Counted from the first letter of the stretch, positions 21,009-32,335 are shown. The stretch is DNA of 61,298 bases from Dehalococcoidia bacterium (GCA_009693105.1 SHXV01000001.1:1-61298); one strand, 5' to 3'. A program made the numbers and translations. Notes: a model not told the origin generated them from the sequence alone.

Positions 21009-21613
21009 TGGCGGGCAGAGAAGCTCGCTCTGCCACGCTGCACACCGTCATCGCGCTGGTGGAGGACCGGCCGGGCGTGCTCAACCGGGTGGCCAGTCTG
21101 TTCCGCCGCCGCGGCTTCAACATCGAAAGCCTGGCGGTCGGCCATTCGGAAACGCCGGGCATCTCCCGGTTGACCCTCGTCGTGGACGGCGCGAACACGG
21201 TCGTTGAGCAGGTGGAGAAGCAGCTGTTCAAGCTTATCGACGTGGTGAAGGTGGCGGACATCACCCATCTGCCCATCGTCGCGCGGGAGCTGGCGCTGGT
21301 GAAGGTGGCCTGCACCATTGCCAATCGGGCGGACGTGATCCAGATCGCGCAGGTCTTCCGCGCCGACGTAGTGGATGTGGCCGATATGTCCGTCACCATC
21401 CAGGTTGCCGGGGATGAGGACAAGAATGACGCCTTCATCGAGTTGATGGAGCCGTACGGAATCAAGGAACTGGCGCGCACCGGCCGGGTCGCGCTGACGC
21501 GGGGGATCGCCGAACCGACAAAGGTAGAGGAAGACGAGCCGGAGGAAGTCCGGGAGTTCCACGCTCAGGCGGGCCGCCGGCCGAAAAAGGCGCTCCCGTT
21601 TGTCAGCGACTAA
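21008..21613 (+). CDS. ilvN: acetolactate synthase small (regulatory) subunit
   Basis: ACT domain '[34 protein letters not shown]'. TAATG overlap with ilvB. Confidence 0.93.
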   Translation: MAGREARSATLHTVIALVEDRPGVLNRVASLFRRRGFNIESLAVGHSETPGISRLTLVVDGANTVVEQVEKQLFKLIDVVKVADITHLPIVARELALVKVACTIANRADVIQIAQVFRADVVDVADMSVTIQVAGDEDKNDAFIELMEPYGIKELARTGRVALTRGIAEPTKVEEDEPEEVREFHAQAGRRPKKALPFVSD

Positions 21614-21632
21614 CGGGGAGAAGGGAAACGCA

Positions 21633-22646
21633 ATGGCGCAGATGTACTACGACAAGGATGGCGACCTCTCGGTTCTGAAGGGCCGCACCATCGGCATCAT
21701 CGGTTACGGCAGCCAGGGGCACGCCCACGCGCTGAACCTCAAGGACAGCGGGTGCGATGTCATCGTGGGGCTGTACCCGGGCAGCCCCAGCTGGAAGAAG
21801 GCGGAGCAGGCCGGGCTCAAGGTGGCGTCCGTGAACGATGTTGCCCAGGCGGCGGACATCATCATGATGCTGGTGCCGGATCAGATCCAGAGCCAGCTCT
21901 ATGAGCAGGCGATCGAGCCGCACATGCGGGCGGGGCAGACGCTGATGTTCGCCCACGGCTTCAACATCCACTTCGACCAGATCAAGGCGCCCCCGGACGT
22001 CGACGTGACGATGGTCGCCCCCAAGGGGCCCGGCCACCTGGTGCGCCGTGTCTACGAGGAGGGCGGCGGCGTGCCGGCGCTCTTCGCCATTCACCAGGAC
22101 GCCAGTGAGCAGGCGCGGCAGGTCACGATGGCCTATGCCAAGGGCATCGGCGCGTTGCGGGCGGGCGTGCTGGAGACCACGTTCAAGGAAGAGACGGAGA
22201 CGGACCTCTTCGGGGAGCAGGTCGTCCTGTGCGGCGGCATCACGTCGCTGGTGAAGAACGCCTTCGAAACGCTGGTCGGGGCCGGCTACCAGCCGGAACT
22301 GGCCTACTTTGAGTGCATGCACGAGCTCAAGCTCATCGTCGATCTGATGTACGAGGGAGGCATGGCCTACATGCGCTACTCCATCAGCGATACGGCGGAG
22401 TACGGCGACTACTCGCGCGGCCCGCGCATCATTGATGAGCACGTGCGGAAGAACATGGAGAAGGTGCTGGAGGAGATCCAGAACGGCGTCTTCGCCAAGG
22501 AGTGGATCCTGGAGAACCGGGCGGGGCGGCCGTCCTTCAACGCCATGCGCCGCCGCGATGCCCAGCACCCGGTGGAGCAGGTGGGGGCGGAGCTGCGGGG
22601 CATGATGACCTGGTTGAAGAAGAGCAAGGACGGTGGGGCATACTAA
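21633..22646 (+). CDS. ilvC: ketol-acid reductoisomerase (NADP+)
   Basis: 'MAQMYYDKD', '[21 protein letters not shown]' and '[14 protein letters not shown]'. Confidence 0.96.
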   Translation: MAQMYYDKDGDLSVLKGRTIGIIGYGSQGHAHALNLKDSGCDVIVGLYPGSPSWKKAEQAGLKVASVNDVAQAADIIMMLVPDQIQSQLYEQAIEPHMRAGQTLMFAHGFNIHFDQIKAPPDVDVTMVAPKGPGHLVRRVYEEGGGVPALFAIHQDASEQARQVTMAYAKGIGALRAGVLETTFKEETETDLFGEQVVLCGGITSLVKNAFETLVGAGYQPELAYFECMHELKLIVDLMYEGGMAYMRYSISDTAEYGDYSRGPRIIDEHVRKNMEKVLEEIQNGVFAKEWILENRAGRPSFNAMRRRDAQHPVEQVGAELRGMMTWLKKSKDGGAY

Positions 22647-22814
22647 TGCGACTGGGATCGGGCGCGATGACGGCTCTGCTTGCACTATCCGGGGTGCGAC
22701 TCGCCCTTCCGCGGCCCTTCGTTTCCGCTTGACGGGAACGGAAGGGCCGGAGGAAGTGGAGCGATGAGTCGCGCCCGTGCGGAATGCCGGGCCCGTGCCA
22801 AGGAGTGAACTACA

Positions 22815-24368
22815 ATGGCCGATCGCGTACTGATTTTCGATACGACCCTGCGTGACGGGGAACAGTCCCCCGGCGTCTCCTATAACGTGGCAGACAAGCT
22901 GGAGATCGCCACCCAGCTAGAGAAGCTGAACGTCGATTACCTGGAGGCGGGGTTCCCCGCTTCCTCCCCCGGCGATCTGGCGGCGGTCGCTGCCATCGCC
23001 AGGCAGATTCGGGGCTGCGCTATCGTTGGGCTGGCCCGCGCCAACAAGAAGGACATCGATGCCTGCTGGGAGGCGGTACAGCACGCCGCCCATCCGCGCA
23101 TCCATGTGTTCCTCTCCAGCTCGGACATCCACATGCTGCACCAGCTGCACAAGGACCGCGAGGAAGTGCTGGAAATGGCGCGGTCCATGGTGGCCTACGC
23201 CAAGAAGTTCACCGATGACATCGAGTTTAGCCCCATGGACGCCACCCGTTCTGAGCGGGCGTACGTCTACCGCATGCTGAAGGAATGCATCGATGCCGGC
23301 GCCACGACGGTGAACATCCCGGACACCGTGGGCTACGCTATCCCGTCCGAGTTCCACGAGTTCATCCGGGGCGTGCAGGCCAACGTCCCGAACATCGACC
23401 GGGCGACCATTTCCGTCCACTGCCACAACGACCTCGGCCTGTCCACCGCTAACTCGCTGGCGGCCGTGCGGGCGGGCGCACGCCAGATCGAGTGCACGAT
23501 CAACGGCGTGGGCGAACGCGGCGGCAACGCGGCGCTAGAGGAAGTGGTGATGGCGATGCGTACCCGCAGCGACTTCTTCGCCATCGATAGCCGGATCAAG
23601 ACGCGGGAGATCTACCGCACCAGCCGGCTGGTCTCTGACCTGTCCGGCATGACGGTGCAGCCGAACAAGGCCATCGTGGGCGCCAACGCCTTCCGCCACC
23701 AGTCCGGCATTCACCAGGACGGCATTCTCAAGATGCGCGAGACCTACGAAATCATGGACGCCAAGGAGATCGGCTGGCCCTCCGGTGGCGCCGAAATGGT
23801 GCTGGGCAAGCTCTCCGGCAGGCACGGGTTCAAGGCGCGGCTGGAGCAGTTGGGTTATGACCTGAACGAGGAAGAGCTGGGCATGGCCTTCCTGGCGTTC
23901 AAGGAGCTAGCGGACAAGAAGACGGAGATCGACGACCGCGACCTTGAGGCGCTCGTTGCGGACAAGCTGCGTACCAACCAGGAGGTATACCACCTGGACC
24001 ACGTGCAGGTAACGGCGGGCGATCACATCACGCCGACGGCCACCGTGCGGCTGATCGCGCCGGACGGCACCATCCTGCAGGATGCGGCGCTGGGATCCGG
24101 TCCGGTCGATGCGGTGTGCAAGGCGATCAACCGGATCATCCAGGTCGATAGCCGCCTCACAGAGTTCAGCGTGAAAAGCGTGACGGAGGGTATCGACGCG
24201 CAGGGAGAGGTCACCATCCGCGTGGAAAAGGACGGGCACACCTACGTCGGAAGGGGGGCGGACACGGACATCCTTGTCGCCTCTGCCCGGGCGTACATGA
24301 ACGCGATCAACCGGCTGCTCTCCGCGAGCCAGCCCGCCGCCGACACTCAGGTCCGGCGCAACCCGTAA
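22815..24368 (+). CDS. leuA: 2-isopropylmalate synthase
   Basis: '[14 protein letters not shown]', '[16 protein letters not shown]', and a C-terminal LeuA allosteric domain. Confidence 0.95.
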   Translation: MADRVLIFDTTLRDGEQSPGVSYNVADKLEIATQLEKLNVDYLEAGFPASSPGDLAAVAAIARQIRGCAIVGLARANKKDIDACWEAVQHAAHPRIHVFLSSSDIHMLHQLHKDREEVLEMARSMVAYAKKFTDDIEFSPMDATRSERAYVYRMLKECIDAGATTVNIPDTVGYAIPSEFHEFIRGVQANVPNIDRATISVHCHNDLGLSTANSLAAVRAGARQIECTINGVGERGGNAALEEVVMAMRTRSDFFAIDSRIKTREIYRTSRLVSDLSGMTVQPNKAIVGANAFRHQSGIHQDGILKMRETYEIMDAKEIGWPSGGAEMVLGKLSGRHGFKARLEQLGYDLNEEELGMAFLAFKELADKKTEIDDRDLEALVADKLRTNQEVYHLDHVQVTAGDHITPTATVRLIAPDGTILQDAALGSGPVDAVCKAINRIIQVDSRLTEFSVKSVTEGIDAQGEVTIRVEKDGHTYVGRGADTDILVASARAYMNAINRLLSASQPAADTQVRRNP

Positions 24369-24395
24369 CGGCACTGCCGTAAGAAAGGGGGAGAC

Positions 24396-25805
24396 ATGGC
24401 GCCCAAGACCATGTTCGATAAGATCTGGGATGCTCACGTCGTGCACCAGGAGCCGGGGAAGCCCGTCGTCCTCTACGTCGACCTGCACCTCGTTCACGAG
24501 GTGACATCGCCGCAGGCGTTCGAGGGGCTGCGCCTTGCCGGTCGCAAAGTGCGCCGCCCGGAGCTGACGCTGGCCACTGTCGACCACAACGTGCCGACGA
24601 CCGACCGCGATAAGCCGATCGCCGATCCGGTCTCCCGACAGCAGGTTGACGTGCTGGAGGGGAACACCCGGGACTTTGGCATCGAGACGTACGGGCTGGA
24701 CAGCCCGCTCCAGGGCATCGTCCACGTCATCTCGCCGGAGCAGGGACGCAGCCAGCCGGGGATGATCATCGTCTGCGGGGACAGCCACACCTCCACCCAC
24801 GGCGCATTCGGTGCCTTCGCCATGGGCATCGGCACCTCGGAGGTGGAGCACGTGCTTGCCACGCAGTGCATGGTGACAGACAAGCCGAAGACGATGGAAG
24901 TGCGGGTGAACGGCACCCTTCCGCAGGGCGTGACGGCGAAGGATCTGATCCTCGGGATCATCGGCCAGATCGGCACGACCGGAGGCGTCGGCCACGTCAT
25001 TGAGTACACGGGCGAGGCGATCCGCGGCCTTTCCATGGAAGGGCGTATGACCGTCTGCAACATGTCGATCGAGGGAGGCGCTCGCGCCGGCATGATCGGG
25101 CCGGATGAGGTGACCTTCGCCTACCTGCGCGGTAAGCCACAGGCGCCGCAGGGCGCGGCGTTTGACGCCGCCGTCCAGCGCTGGCGTGCGGCCGCCACCG
25201 ATCCGGGCGCAACCTACGATCGCGTCGTCCAGATCGACGCAGCAACGCTGGCGCCCCAGATGACCTGGGGCACGAACCCCGGCCAGGTGGCGCCGATCAC
25301 CGCCTCCGTGCCGGACCCGGCCTCTTACAGCGCTCCGGCTGACCGCGAATCCGTTCAGCGGGCATTGGAGTACATGGGGCTGAAGCCCGGTACCCCTTTG
25401 CAGGACGTGACCATCGACAAGGTGTTCATCGGGTCCTGCACCAACGGGCGGATCGAGGACCTGCGCGCCGCCGCCGCCATGGTGCGGGGACGGCAGGTGG
25501 CCCCCACCGTCAGCGCGCTGGTGGTGCCCGGCTCCGGCCCGGTAAAACGCCAGGCGGAGGCGGAGGGGCTCGATCGCGTCTTCCGCGAAGCCGGATTCGA
25601 ATGGCGGGAGGCGGGCTGCTCCATGTGCCTGGGCATGAACCCCGATATCCTGGAGCCGGGACAACGCTGCGCTTCCACATCCAACCGCAACTTCGAGGGG
25701 CGGCAGGGCCGCGATGGGCGGACGCACCTGGTGAGTCCGGCCATGGCCGCCGCCGCCGCCATTGCGGGGCACTTCGTCGATATCCGCGATTGGAAGGTAA
25801 ACTAG
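24396..25805 (+). CDS. leuC: 3-isopropylmalate dehydratase large subunit
   Basis: '[15 protein letters not shown]', '[15 protein letters not shown]' and '[19 protein letters not shown]' (aconitase Fe-S ligands). Confidence 0.96.
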   Translation: MAPKTMFDKIWDAHVVHQEPGKPVVLYVDLHLVHEVTSPQAFEGLRLAGRKVRRPELTLATVDHNVPTTDRDKPIADPVSRQQVDVLEGNTRDFGIETYGLDSPLQGIVHVISPEQGRSQPGMIIVCGDSHTSTHGAFGAFAMGIGTSEVEHVLATQCMVTDKPKTMEVRVNGTLPQGVTAKDLILGIIGQIGTTGGVGHVIEYTGEAIRGLSMEGRMTVCNMSIEGGARAGMIGPDEVTFAYLRGKPQAPQGAAFDAAVQRWRAAATDPGATYDRVVQIDAATLAPQMTWGTNPGQVAPITASVPDPASYSAPADRESVQRALEYMGLKPGTPLQDVTIDKVFIGSCTNGRIEDLRAAAAMVRGRQVAPTVSALVVPGSGPVKRQAEAEGLDRVFREAGFEWREAGCSMCLGMNPDILEPGQRCASTSNRNFEGRQGRDGRTHLVSPAMAAAAAIAGHFVDIRDWKVN

Positions 25806-25823
25806 TGCGGAGGGCTATTGAGG

Positions 25824-25858
25824 GTTCGTGGTTCGACAAGCTCACCACGAACGGTTTT
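25824..25858 (+). repeat. REP-like hairpin with U-tract directly after the leuC stop
   Basis: GTTCGTGGT (25824-25832) pairs with ACCACGAAC (25844-25852), followed by GGTTTTGG. The two strands translate to '..FDKLTTNG..' and '..VSLSNHE..'. I recognise these peptide strings from spurious ORFs over intergenic repeats in other genomes (from memory). Confidence 0.5.
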
Positions 25859-25887
25859 GGGAAAAGGTGAACTGACGTGAGTCAACC

Positions 25888-26082
25888 TTGAAGCATGGCG
25901 CAGGAGTTTATTTCTATGATGATGGTGTCGTTCTCGTGAAGCAGACTGTTCAGAAGAAGGCGTCCGGACAGTATGTGATCGATGTGGATGTGATGGGTAA
26001 GCATCGCGAACGACACATTGATCCGGGCAATAACCAATACCTGGGCGAAGTCGTTAGACTCGCCGGGCAAGGAATGTTATAG
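25888..26082 (+). CDS. small ORF (64 aa) in the AT-richer leuC-leuD spacer, unknown function
   Basis: TTG start. The stop TAG lies 2 nt before the leuD ATG. The composition is clearly AT-richer than the flanks. No family recognised, so it may not be coding. Confidence 0.3.
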   Translation: MKHGAGVYFYDDGVVLVKQTVQKKASGQYVIDVDVMGKHRERHIDPGNNQYLGEVVRLAGQGML

Positions 26083-26084
26083 CG

Positions 26085-26657
26085 ATGGAAGCTTTCAAGA
26101 AGATGACCGAACTCGTCGCCGCGCTCGATCGGGCGGACGTGGACACGGACCAGATCATCCCCAAGCAGTTCCTCAAGCGGATCGAGCGCACCGGCTTCGG
26201 CGAGTTCCTCTTCTTCGACTGGGCGAAGGCGCCGGACTTCGCCCTCAACGATCCGAAGTACAAGGGCGCCCGCATCCTGGTGGCGGGCCGCAACTTCGGC
26301 TGCGGCTCATCGCGGGAGCACGCGCCGTGGGCGCTGCTGGAGTACGGCTTCGGCGTGATCATCGCGCCCAGCTTCGGCGATATCTTCCGCAGTAACTGCT
26401 TCCAGAACGGCATGCTCCCCATTGAGCTGCCGGAAGATATGGTTCAGCAGCTCATGCGGAAAGCGGAGGCGGGGGGGTACCAGCTCAGCGTTGACCTGGA
26501 GCGTTGCGAAGTAGCGGACACCGGCGGGGTCATCGCCACCTTCCAGGTCGATCCGTTTCGGCGGGACTGCCTGCTGCGCGGGCTGGATGACATCGGCCTG
26601 ACGCTGGAGCACGTGGACGAGATCGCCGCCTTTGAGCGGCAGCACGCCAACGTATAA
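26085..26657 (+). CDS. leuD: 3-isopropylmalate dehydratase small subunit
   Basis: '[12 protein letters not shown]' and '[21 protein letters not shown]'. Confidence 0.95.
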   Translation: MEAFKKMTELVAALDRADVDTDQIIPKQFLKRIERTGFGEFLFFDWAKAPDFALNDPKYKGARILVAGRNFGCGSSREHAPWALLEYGFGVIIAPSFGDIFRSNCFQNGMLPIELPEDMVQQLMRKAEAGGYQLSVDLERCEVADTGGVIATFQVDPFRRDCLLRGLDDIGLTLEHVDEIAAFERQHANV

Positions 26658-26667
26658 GGAGCTTTCA

Positions 26668-27762
26668 TTGCGGACGAACATCATGGTCCTGCCGGGCGAT
26701 GGCATCGGCCCGGAGGTAACGGCGGAAGGCGTTAAGGCGCTCCTGGCGGTCGGTCGCCGCTTCAAGCACGACTTCGCCCTCCAGGAGGACATCGTCGGTG
26801 GCGCCTCGATCGACAAGTTCGGCGTCGCCCTGCGTCCGGAGACGCTGGAGCGCTGCCGCCAATGTGACGCGGTTCTGTTCGGCGCCATCGGCGGCCCCAA
26901 GTGGGATAACCCCGCGGCGCTGGTGCGCCCGGAGGACGCCATCCTAGGGCTGCGCAAAGGGCTGCGCCTGTACGCCAACCTGAGGCCGGTGAAAGTGGCC
27001 CCCTTCCTTGTGGACGCCGGGCCGCTCAAGGCGGAAACGGTCAGGGGCGTCGATATCGTCGTGATTCGGGAGCTGACCGGCGGCATCTACTTCGGCAAGC
27101 CGAAGCGCCGCTGGCGCACCGCCGCCGGCCGTCGCGCCGTCGATACGCTGCGCTATACGGAGCAGGAAGTCGCGCGGGTGGTGCGCGTCGGGTTCGACCT
27201 GGCCCGTCTCCGTCGCAAGAAGCTGACCAGCGTGGACAAGGCGAACGTCATGGAATCCAGCCGGCTCTGGCGCGAGGTGACGAACGAGGTGGCGAAGGAG
27301 TACCCGGACGTGGCGCTGGAGCACATGCTTGTCGATGCCTGCGCCATGCACCTCATCCGCCGCCCGGCGGACTTCGACGTCATCGTCACGGAGAACCTGT
27401 TCGGGGATATCCTCACCGATGAGGCCAGCGTGCTGGCCGGCTCCATGGGGATGCTGCCCTCCGCCAGCCTGGGCGCTGGCGTCCGCCGTGGCCGCCGCAT
27501 GGGGCTGTATGAGCCGATTCACGGCAGCGCGCCGGATATCGCCGGGCAGGGCAAGGCCAACCCGATCGCGATGGTGCTGAGCATGGCGATGATGCTGCGT
27601 CTCTCCTTCGGGCTGGAGAACGAGGCCGCCTGCGTCGAGCGTGCCGTCACCAGGGTGCTGGAGCAGGGCTACCGCACCGCCGATATCGCTAATGAGGGCG
27701 CGCCGGTGCTGACGACGACCGCGATGGGCGACCGCATCGCCGAGGCGATCGGGAGCGTTTGA
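26668..27762 (+). CDS. leuB: 3-isopropylmalate dehydrogenase
   Basis: '[11 protein letters not shown]', 'ELTGGIYFG' and '[26 protein letters not shown]'. The TTG at 26668 lies 6 nt after an AAGGAG RBS. ATG at 26632 or 26683 are alternative starts. Confidence 0.93.
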   Translation: MRTNIMVLPGDGIGPEVTAEGVKALLAVGRRFKHDFALQEDIVGGASIDKFGVALRPETLERCRQCDAVLFGAIGGPKWDNPAALVRPEDAILGLRKGLRLYANLRPVKVAPFLVDAGPLKAETVRGVDIVVIRELTGGIYFGKPKRRWRTAAGRRAVDTLRYTEQEVARVVRVGFDLARLRRKKLTSVDKANVMESSRLWREVTNEVAKEYPDVALEHMLVDACAMHLIRRPADFDVIVTENLFGDILTDEASVLAGSMGMLPSASLGAGVRRGRRMGLYEPIHGSAPDIAGQGKANPIAMVLSMAMMLRLSFGLENEAACVERAVTRVLEQGYRTADIANEGAPVLTTTAMGDRIAEAIGSV

Positions 27763-27896
27763 ACCGGACTTGAGGCCGAGAGCAGAGGGATCGATGTTGA
27801 AGTGCACAGGGGTTTGTTCCACCGTCCGCCACGCGCGGGCGGGCGCCATTGGGGCAGCGTCGTCGGCGAACCGCTGAATCGGACGAACGCGAGGAT

Positions 27897-29516
27897 ATGA
27901 CGTTGCCATCACGAACGATAGACCTGTACGACACGACGCTGCGCGATGGAGCGGGGATGGAAGGCATCTCTTTCTCCGTTGAGGACAAGATCAAGATCGC
28001 TCGTAAGCTCGATGAGCTGGGCGTCCACTACATCGAAGGCGGATTCCCCGGTTCCAACAAGAAGGACGCGGAGTTCTTCGCCCGGGCGGCGCTGCGGCGG
28101 GAGCTGGTGCTGCAGAACGCGACCCTTGTCGCCTTCGGCAGCACCCGTCGCGCCGGCACCCGCCCGGAGGACGACGCCAATCTGAAGGCGCTGCTGGCCT
28201 GCGGCGCGAAAGCGGTCACGCTGGTGGGCAAGGCCTGGGACCGCCAGGTGGAAGAGGTGCTGGAAACATCGCTGGAGGAGAACCTGGCGATGATCGCCGA
28301 TTCCATCGCCTATCTCAAGGGCGAAGGACTGGCCGTGTTCTTCGACGCCGAGCACTTCTTCGATGGTTTCCGCTCCAATGAGGACTACGCCCTCCAATGC
28401 GTCCGCGCCGCCGCCCGCGCCGGGGCGGAAGTGAGCGTGCTCTGCGATACGAACGGCGGCACCCTGCCGGACGGCATCTGGACGGCGATCCAGGCGCTCA
28501 AGCGCGCCGCGCCGGAACATGACCTGGGCATCCACGTCCATAACGATGCGGATGTGGCGGTGGCGAACACGCTCATCGCCGTGCAAGCGGGCGTGCGCCA
28601 GGTGCAGGGCTGCGCCAACGGCTACGGAGAGCGTTGCGGCAACGCCAACCTGTTCAGCGTCATCGCTGATCTCAAGCTGAAGCTCGGCATCGATTGTGTC
28701 CGGGATGATCAGCTTGCCCGGCTGACCGAGACCGCGCTCTACATCGCTGAGGTCGCCAACATGCTGCCCAACCCGCAGCAGCCCTACGTGGGGGTGAGCG
28801 CCTTCGCCCACAAGGCGGGGCTGCACGTTGCGGCGATCACGAAGAGCCCGGAATCCTATCACCACGTGTTGCCCGAGGTGGTGGGCAACGACCGCCGCTT
28901 CCTCGTCTCCGAGTTCTCCGGGCGGCGGAACATCAGCGTGAAGCTGCGTGAGCAAGGCTTTGACATGCCGCTGTCCGACGAGGAAACGCGGGCGCTGCTG
29001 GAGCGCGTCAAGGCGATGGAGGCGCGCGGCTACCAGTACGAAGGGGCGGAAGCATCGTTCGAGTTGCTGGCCCGGCGCTCCCTGCCCGGCTATCGCGCGC
29101 CGTTTGAGCTTGAGGACTTCCTCATCGTCGAACGGCGGCGTCAGGAGTCGGACGGCGGCGAGCAGCGGGAGATGCTGGCGGAGGCGATGGTCAAGGTCCG
29201 CGTGAACGACCGCCTTCTCCACACCGCGTCAGAGGGCAATGGCCCCGTGAACGCGCTGGACCAGGCTACCCGTAAGGCGCTGGTGGAGGTATACCCCGCG
29301 CTGGCCCGCGTCCGCCTGCTGGACTATAAAGTGCGCATCCTGGATACGGGGACCGGCACGGGTGCTTCCGTGCGCGTACTCATTGAGCTGACGGATGGGG
29401 AACACACCTGGCGCACGGTGGGCAGTTCAACCGATATCATCGAGGCAAGCTGGCTGGCCCTGGCCGATGGGCTGGAGTTCTGGCTGGTGAAGCACTACCC
29501 CGCGCTGGCCGGATGA
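27897..29516 (+). CDS. cimA: citramalate synthase (LeuA-family, CimA type)
   Basis: 'LYDTTLRDGAGMEGISFSVEDK', 'HVHNDADVAVANTLIA', and a C-terminal LeuA_dimer-like domain. It is the last gene of the ilv-leu cluster. Confidence 0.85.
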   Translation: MTLPSRTIDLYDTTLRDGAGMEGISFSVEDKIKIARKLDELGVHYIEGGFPGSNKKDAEFFARAALRRELVLQNATLVAFGSTRRAGTRPEDDANLKALLACGAKAVTLVGKAWDRQVEEVLETSLEENLAMIADSIAYLKGEGLAVFFDAEHFFDGFRSNEDYALQCVRAAARAGAEVSVLCDTNGGTLPDGIWTAIQALKRAAPEHDLGIHVHNDADVAVANTLIAVQAGVRQVQGCANGYGERCGNANLFSVIADLKLKLGIDCVRDDQLARLTETALYIAEVANMLPNPQQPYVGVSAFAHKAGLHVAAITKSPESYHHVLPEVVGNDRRFLVSEFSGRRNISVKLREQGFDMPLSDEETRALLERVKAMEARGYQYEGAEASFELLARRSLPGYRAPFELEDFLIVERRRQESDGGEQREMLAEAMVKVRVNDRLLHTASEGNGPVNALDQATRKALVEVYPALARVRLLDYKVRILDTGTGTGASVRVLIELTDGEHTWRTVGSSTDIIEASWLALADGLEFWLVKHYPALAG

Positions 29517-29544
29517 TCGCGATCGCTCTGCGAAGGGTATCCGC

Positions 29545-31914
29545 CTGAACGAGAAGACGCTCCGTACGCTCGAATTCGACCGCATCCTTGAGCGGCTTGC
29601 CGCCCATACCGGGTTCGCCGTGGGCCGGGAGCTTGCCTTGGCCTTGCGCCCTTCCCCTGACTACGACGAGGTGCGCTACCGCCAGCGGCTGACGGCGGAG
29701 GCGGTGGCGGTCCTGCGGGAGCGGCCCGCGTTCTCCCTGGGCGGGGTGCAGGACGTGCGCGCCACGGTGGGGCAGGCGGCGCTGGGCGGCGTGCTGGAGC
29801 CGCTCGATCTGCTGGACATCGCTTCAACGCTGGACGCGGCGCGGGAGGCACGTCGCACCCTGACGCGGGATGTGCAGGCCCCGCTGCTGGCCGCCGTGGC
29901 GGAGCGCATTGAGCCGCTGCCGTCCCTGGCCGCCGAGATCCGCCGCTCCATCGATCCGCGGGGGGGCGTGACCGATGCCGCCAGTTTGGCGCTGGCCGCC
30001 ATCCGGCGGGAGGTCCACGTCACCCATGAGCGGCTGATGGAGCGCATGCAGGAGCTCATGCGTTCCGCCGTGGCCCGGGGCGTGGCGCAGGAGCCCCTGG
30101 TGACGCTGCGGGAAGGGCGCTACGTCATTCCGATCAAGGCGGAACAGCGCTCCCAGTTTCCCGGCGTGGTGCACGACGTCTCCCAGTCCGGCGCGACGAT
30201 CTTCGTCGAGCCGCTGGCGGTGGTGGACGCGGGCAACCGCTGGCGGGAGCTGCAAATGGAAGAGCAGCGCGAGATCGAGCGGGTGCTGCGCGGGTTGAGC
30301 GCCGACGTCGGGTCGGAAGAAGCCGCCATCCTGGAAAGCATCGCCGCGCTGGGCGCGATCGACCTGGTGCTGGCGATGGGGCGATTCGGGTTCGCCATCG
30401 GCGCGCCGCTCCCCCTGCCGGGTGAGGACCCCGCCTGGATCGCTCTCGGGGGCGAATATCGGCTCATCGACGCGCGTCATCCCCTGCTCAAGGGCAGCGT
30501 TGTCCCTATCTCGCTCGTCGTCGGCGGGACGGAGGCTCGCGTGTTGCTCATCACGGGGCCAAACACCGGCGGCAAGACGGTAGCGCTGAAGACGGCCGGG
30601 CTGCTCGCCTGCATGGCGCAGGCGGGGCTGCCCGTGCCCGCCGAGGTGGGGTCGCGCCTGCCGGTGTATCGCGAGGTCTTCGCCGACATCGGCGATGAGC
30701 AGAGCATCGAACAATCGCTCTCCACGTTCAGCGGGCACGTCAGCAACATCATCGCCATCCTGCGGGGGGCCGACGTGGCCAGCCTAGTCCTCTTGGATGA
30801 GCTGGCGGCGGGAACCGATCCGGCGGAGGGCGCGCCGCTGGCCCGCGCCGTGCTGGAAGCGCTGCTGGAGCGCCGTTCCAGCGTGCTGGCCACCACGCAC
30901 CACGGCGAGCTCAAGGCCTTCGCGCATGAGACCCCCGGCGTGATGAACGCATCGGTGGAATTCGATCCGCGCACCCTGGCGCCGACGTACCGGGTGATCG
31001 CCGGGCTTCCCGGTGGCAGCAACGCCTTCGCCATCGCCCGGCGGCTGGGGATGCCGGAGGAGATCGTCCGGCGGGCAGAGGAAGCGGTCGCGCCGGAGCA
31101 GGCGCAGCTCAGCGGCCTGCTTACGCAGGCGCAGGCGGAGCGCGACCATCTGGCGGGGGAGTGGCAGCGGGAGCAGATCGCCCGCCGGGAGGCGGAGGAG
31201 ATCCGGACGGCGCTGGCGGACCGGCTCCGTGGCATCGAAGAGGAGCGGGAATCCCTTCTGGCGTCCGCCCGCGCCGAGATCGAGGAGGACGTGCGTGACG
31301 CCCGGCTCGCCCTCCGGCGCGCCCGCCGGGACATCGAGCGGGCGGAGCGGGAGACGTTGCTAGCGGCCGCTCCCCGGCTGGAGGAGGCCTCGGACGTGGC
31401 GGAGCGGATCGAGCGCAGGCGTCGGCTACGCCGCCGCCGCGGCGATGGCGAAGAGGCAACACCGGTCGATCGGATCGTCGCCGGCGACCGCGTCTGGCTC
31501 ACCGGACTGGAGCAGCCGGGGGAGGCGCTTGGCCCGCCGGACGAACGTGGAGAGCTGGAAGTGATGCTGGGCTCGCTGCATACGCGAGTGAGGCGGGAGC
31601 AGGTGCGCCGCGTCGCCCACGGCAGCGGCGTTGTCCTGGAAGTGTCGCTGCCGCCACCGCCGTTAAGCGCGGCGGAGGAGATCGAGGTGCGCGGGCAGAC
31701 GCTGAATGAAGCGATGCCGAAGGTGGAGACGTTCCTGGACCAGGCGTTTCGCGCCGGGCTTACGCGCGTCCGCATCATCCACGGCAAGGGCACCGGCACG
31801 CTGCGCCGGGCGGTGCGCGATCGGCTGGCGGCGCACCCGCTGGTGCGTTCCTACGAGACGGCGGAGCGCGCCGAAGGCGGGGAGGGCGTGACCGTGGCCT
31901 ATGTGGGAGGGTAG
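29545..31914 (+). CDS. mutS2: endonuclease MutS2 (MutS domain V plus C-terminal Smr)
   Basis: 'ITGPNTGGKTVALKT', 'DELAAGTDP', and the Smr domain 'IEVRGQTLNEAM..RIIHGKGTGTLR'. The conserved N-terminus 'LNEKTLRTLEFDRI' lies upstream of the first canonical start (GTG 29620). A CTG (29545) or ATC (29539) start is therefore inferred. Confidence 0.9.
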   Translation: MNEKTLRTLEFDRILERLAAHTGFAVGRELALALRPSPDYDEVRYRQRLTAEAVAVLRERPAFSLGGVQDVRATVGQAALGGVLEPLDLLDIASTLDAAREARRTLTRDVQAPLLAAVAERIEPLPSLAAEIRRSIDPRGGVTDAASLALAAIRREVHVTHERLMERMQELMRSAVARGVAQEPLVTLREGRYVIPIKAEQRSQFPGVVHDVSQSGATIFVEPLAVVDAGNRWRELQMEEQREIERVLRGLSADVGSEEAAILESIAALGAIDLVLAMGRFGFAIGAPLPLPGEDPAWIALGGEYRLIDARHPLLKGSVVPISLVVGGTEARVLLITGPNTGGKTVALKTAGLLACMAQAGLPVPAEVGSRLPVYREVFADIGDEQSIEQSLSTFSGHVSNIIAILRGADVASLVLLDELAAGTDPAEGAPLARAVLEALLERRSSVLATTHHGELKAFAHETPGVMNASVEFDPRTLAPTYRVIAGLPGGSNAFAIARRLGMPEEIVRRAEEAVAPEQAQLSGLLTQAQAERDHLAGEWQREQIARREAEEIRTALADRLRGIEEERESLLASARAEIEEDVRDARLALRRARRDIERAERETLLAAAPRLEEASDVAERIERRRRLRRRRGDGEEATPVDRIVAGDRVWLTGLEQPGEALGPPDERGELEVMLGSLHTRVRREQVRRVAHGSGVVLEVSLPPPPLSAAEEIEVRGQTLNEAMPKVETFLDQAFRAGLTRVRIIHGKGTGTLRRAVRDRLAAHPLVRSYETAERAEGGEGVTVAYVGG

Positions 31915-31991
31915 CGCTCCCCTATTGTTACCGATCTCCTGAAACCGTACACTGACTACATAATTCCGAACTGATCAGAGGACCACTGCCA

Positions 31992-32312
31992 ATGCCTACC
32001 TACGACTATCGCTGTTCCGCCTGCGGCGCTCAGTACGAGAAGCGCGAGGGGTTCGACGCCGCCACGGCGCATGCCTGCGAGCAGTGCGGGGAGGGCGAGG
32101 CAAAGCGCATGATCAGCGTCCCCGCCATCGTCTTCAAGGGCAGCGGATTCTACGCCACGGATAGCCGCGGCAGGGATGAGGACACAGCAATGGAAGGCGC
32201 CGCTGCCGCCGCCGTGAAGAAGGCGGAATCGCCCTCGACCGGTGGCAGCGAGGCGCCGGCTCCCGCTCCTGGCCACGGGCACAGCCACGGCCCCGGCGGC
32301 CACACCCACTAA
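31992..32312 (+). CDS. FmdB-family zinc-ribbon protein
   Basis: 'MPTYDYRCSACGAQYE..CEQCGEGEAKR' matches the CxxC_CxxC_SSSS signature. Confidence 0.85.
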   Translation: MPTYDYRCSACGAQYEKREGFDAATAHACEQCGEGEAKRMISVPAIVFKGSGFYATDSRGRDEDTAMEGAAAAAVKKAESPSTGGSEAPAPAPGHGHSHGPGGHTH

Positions 32313-32335
32313 GGGGTGGCGTCAAAGGACGAGAG

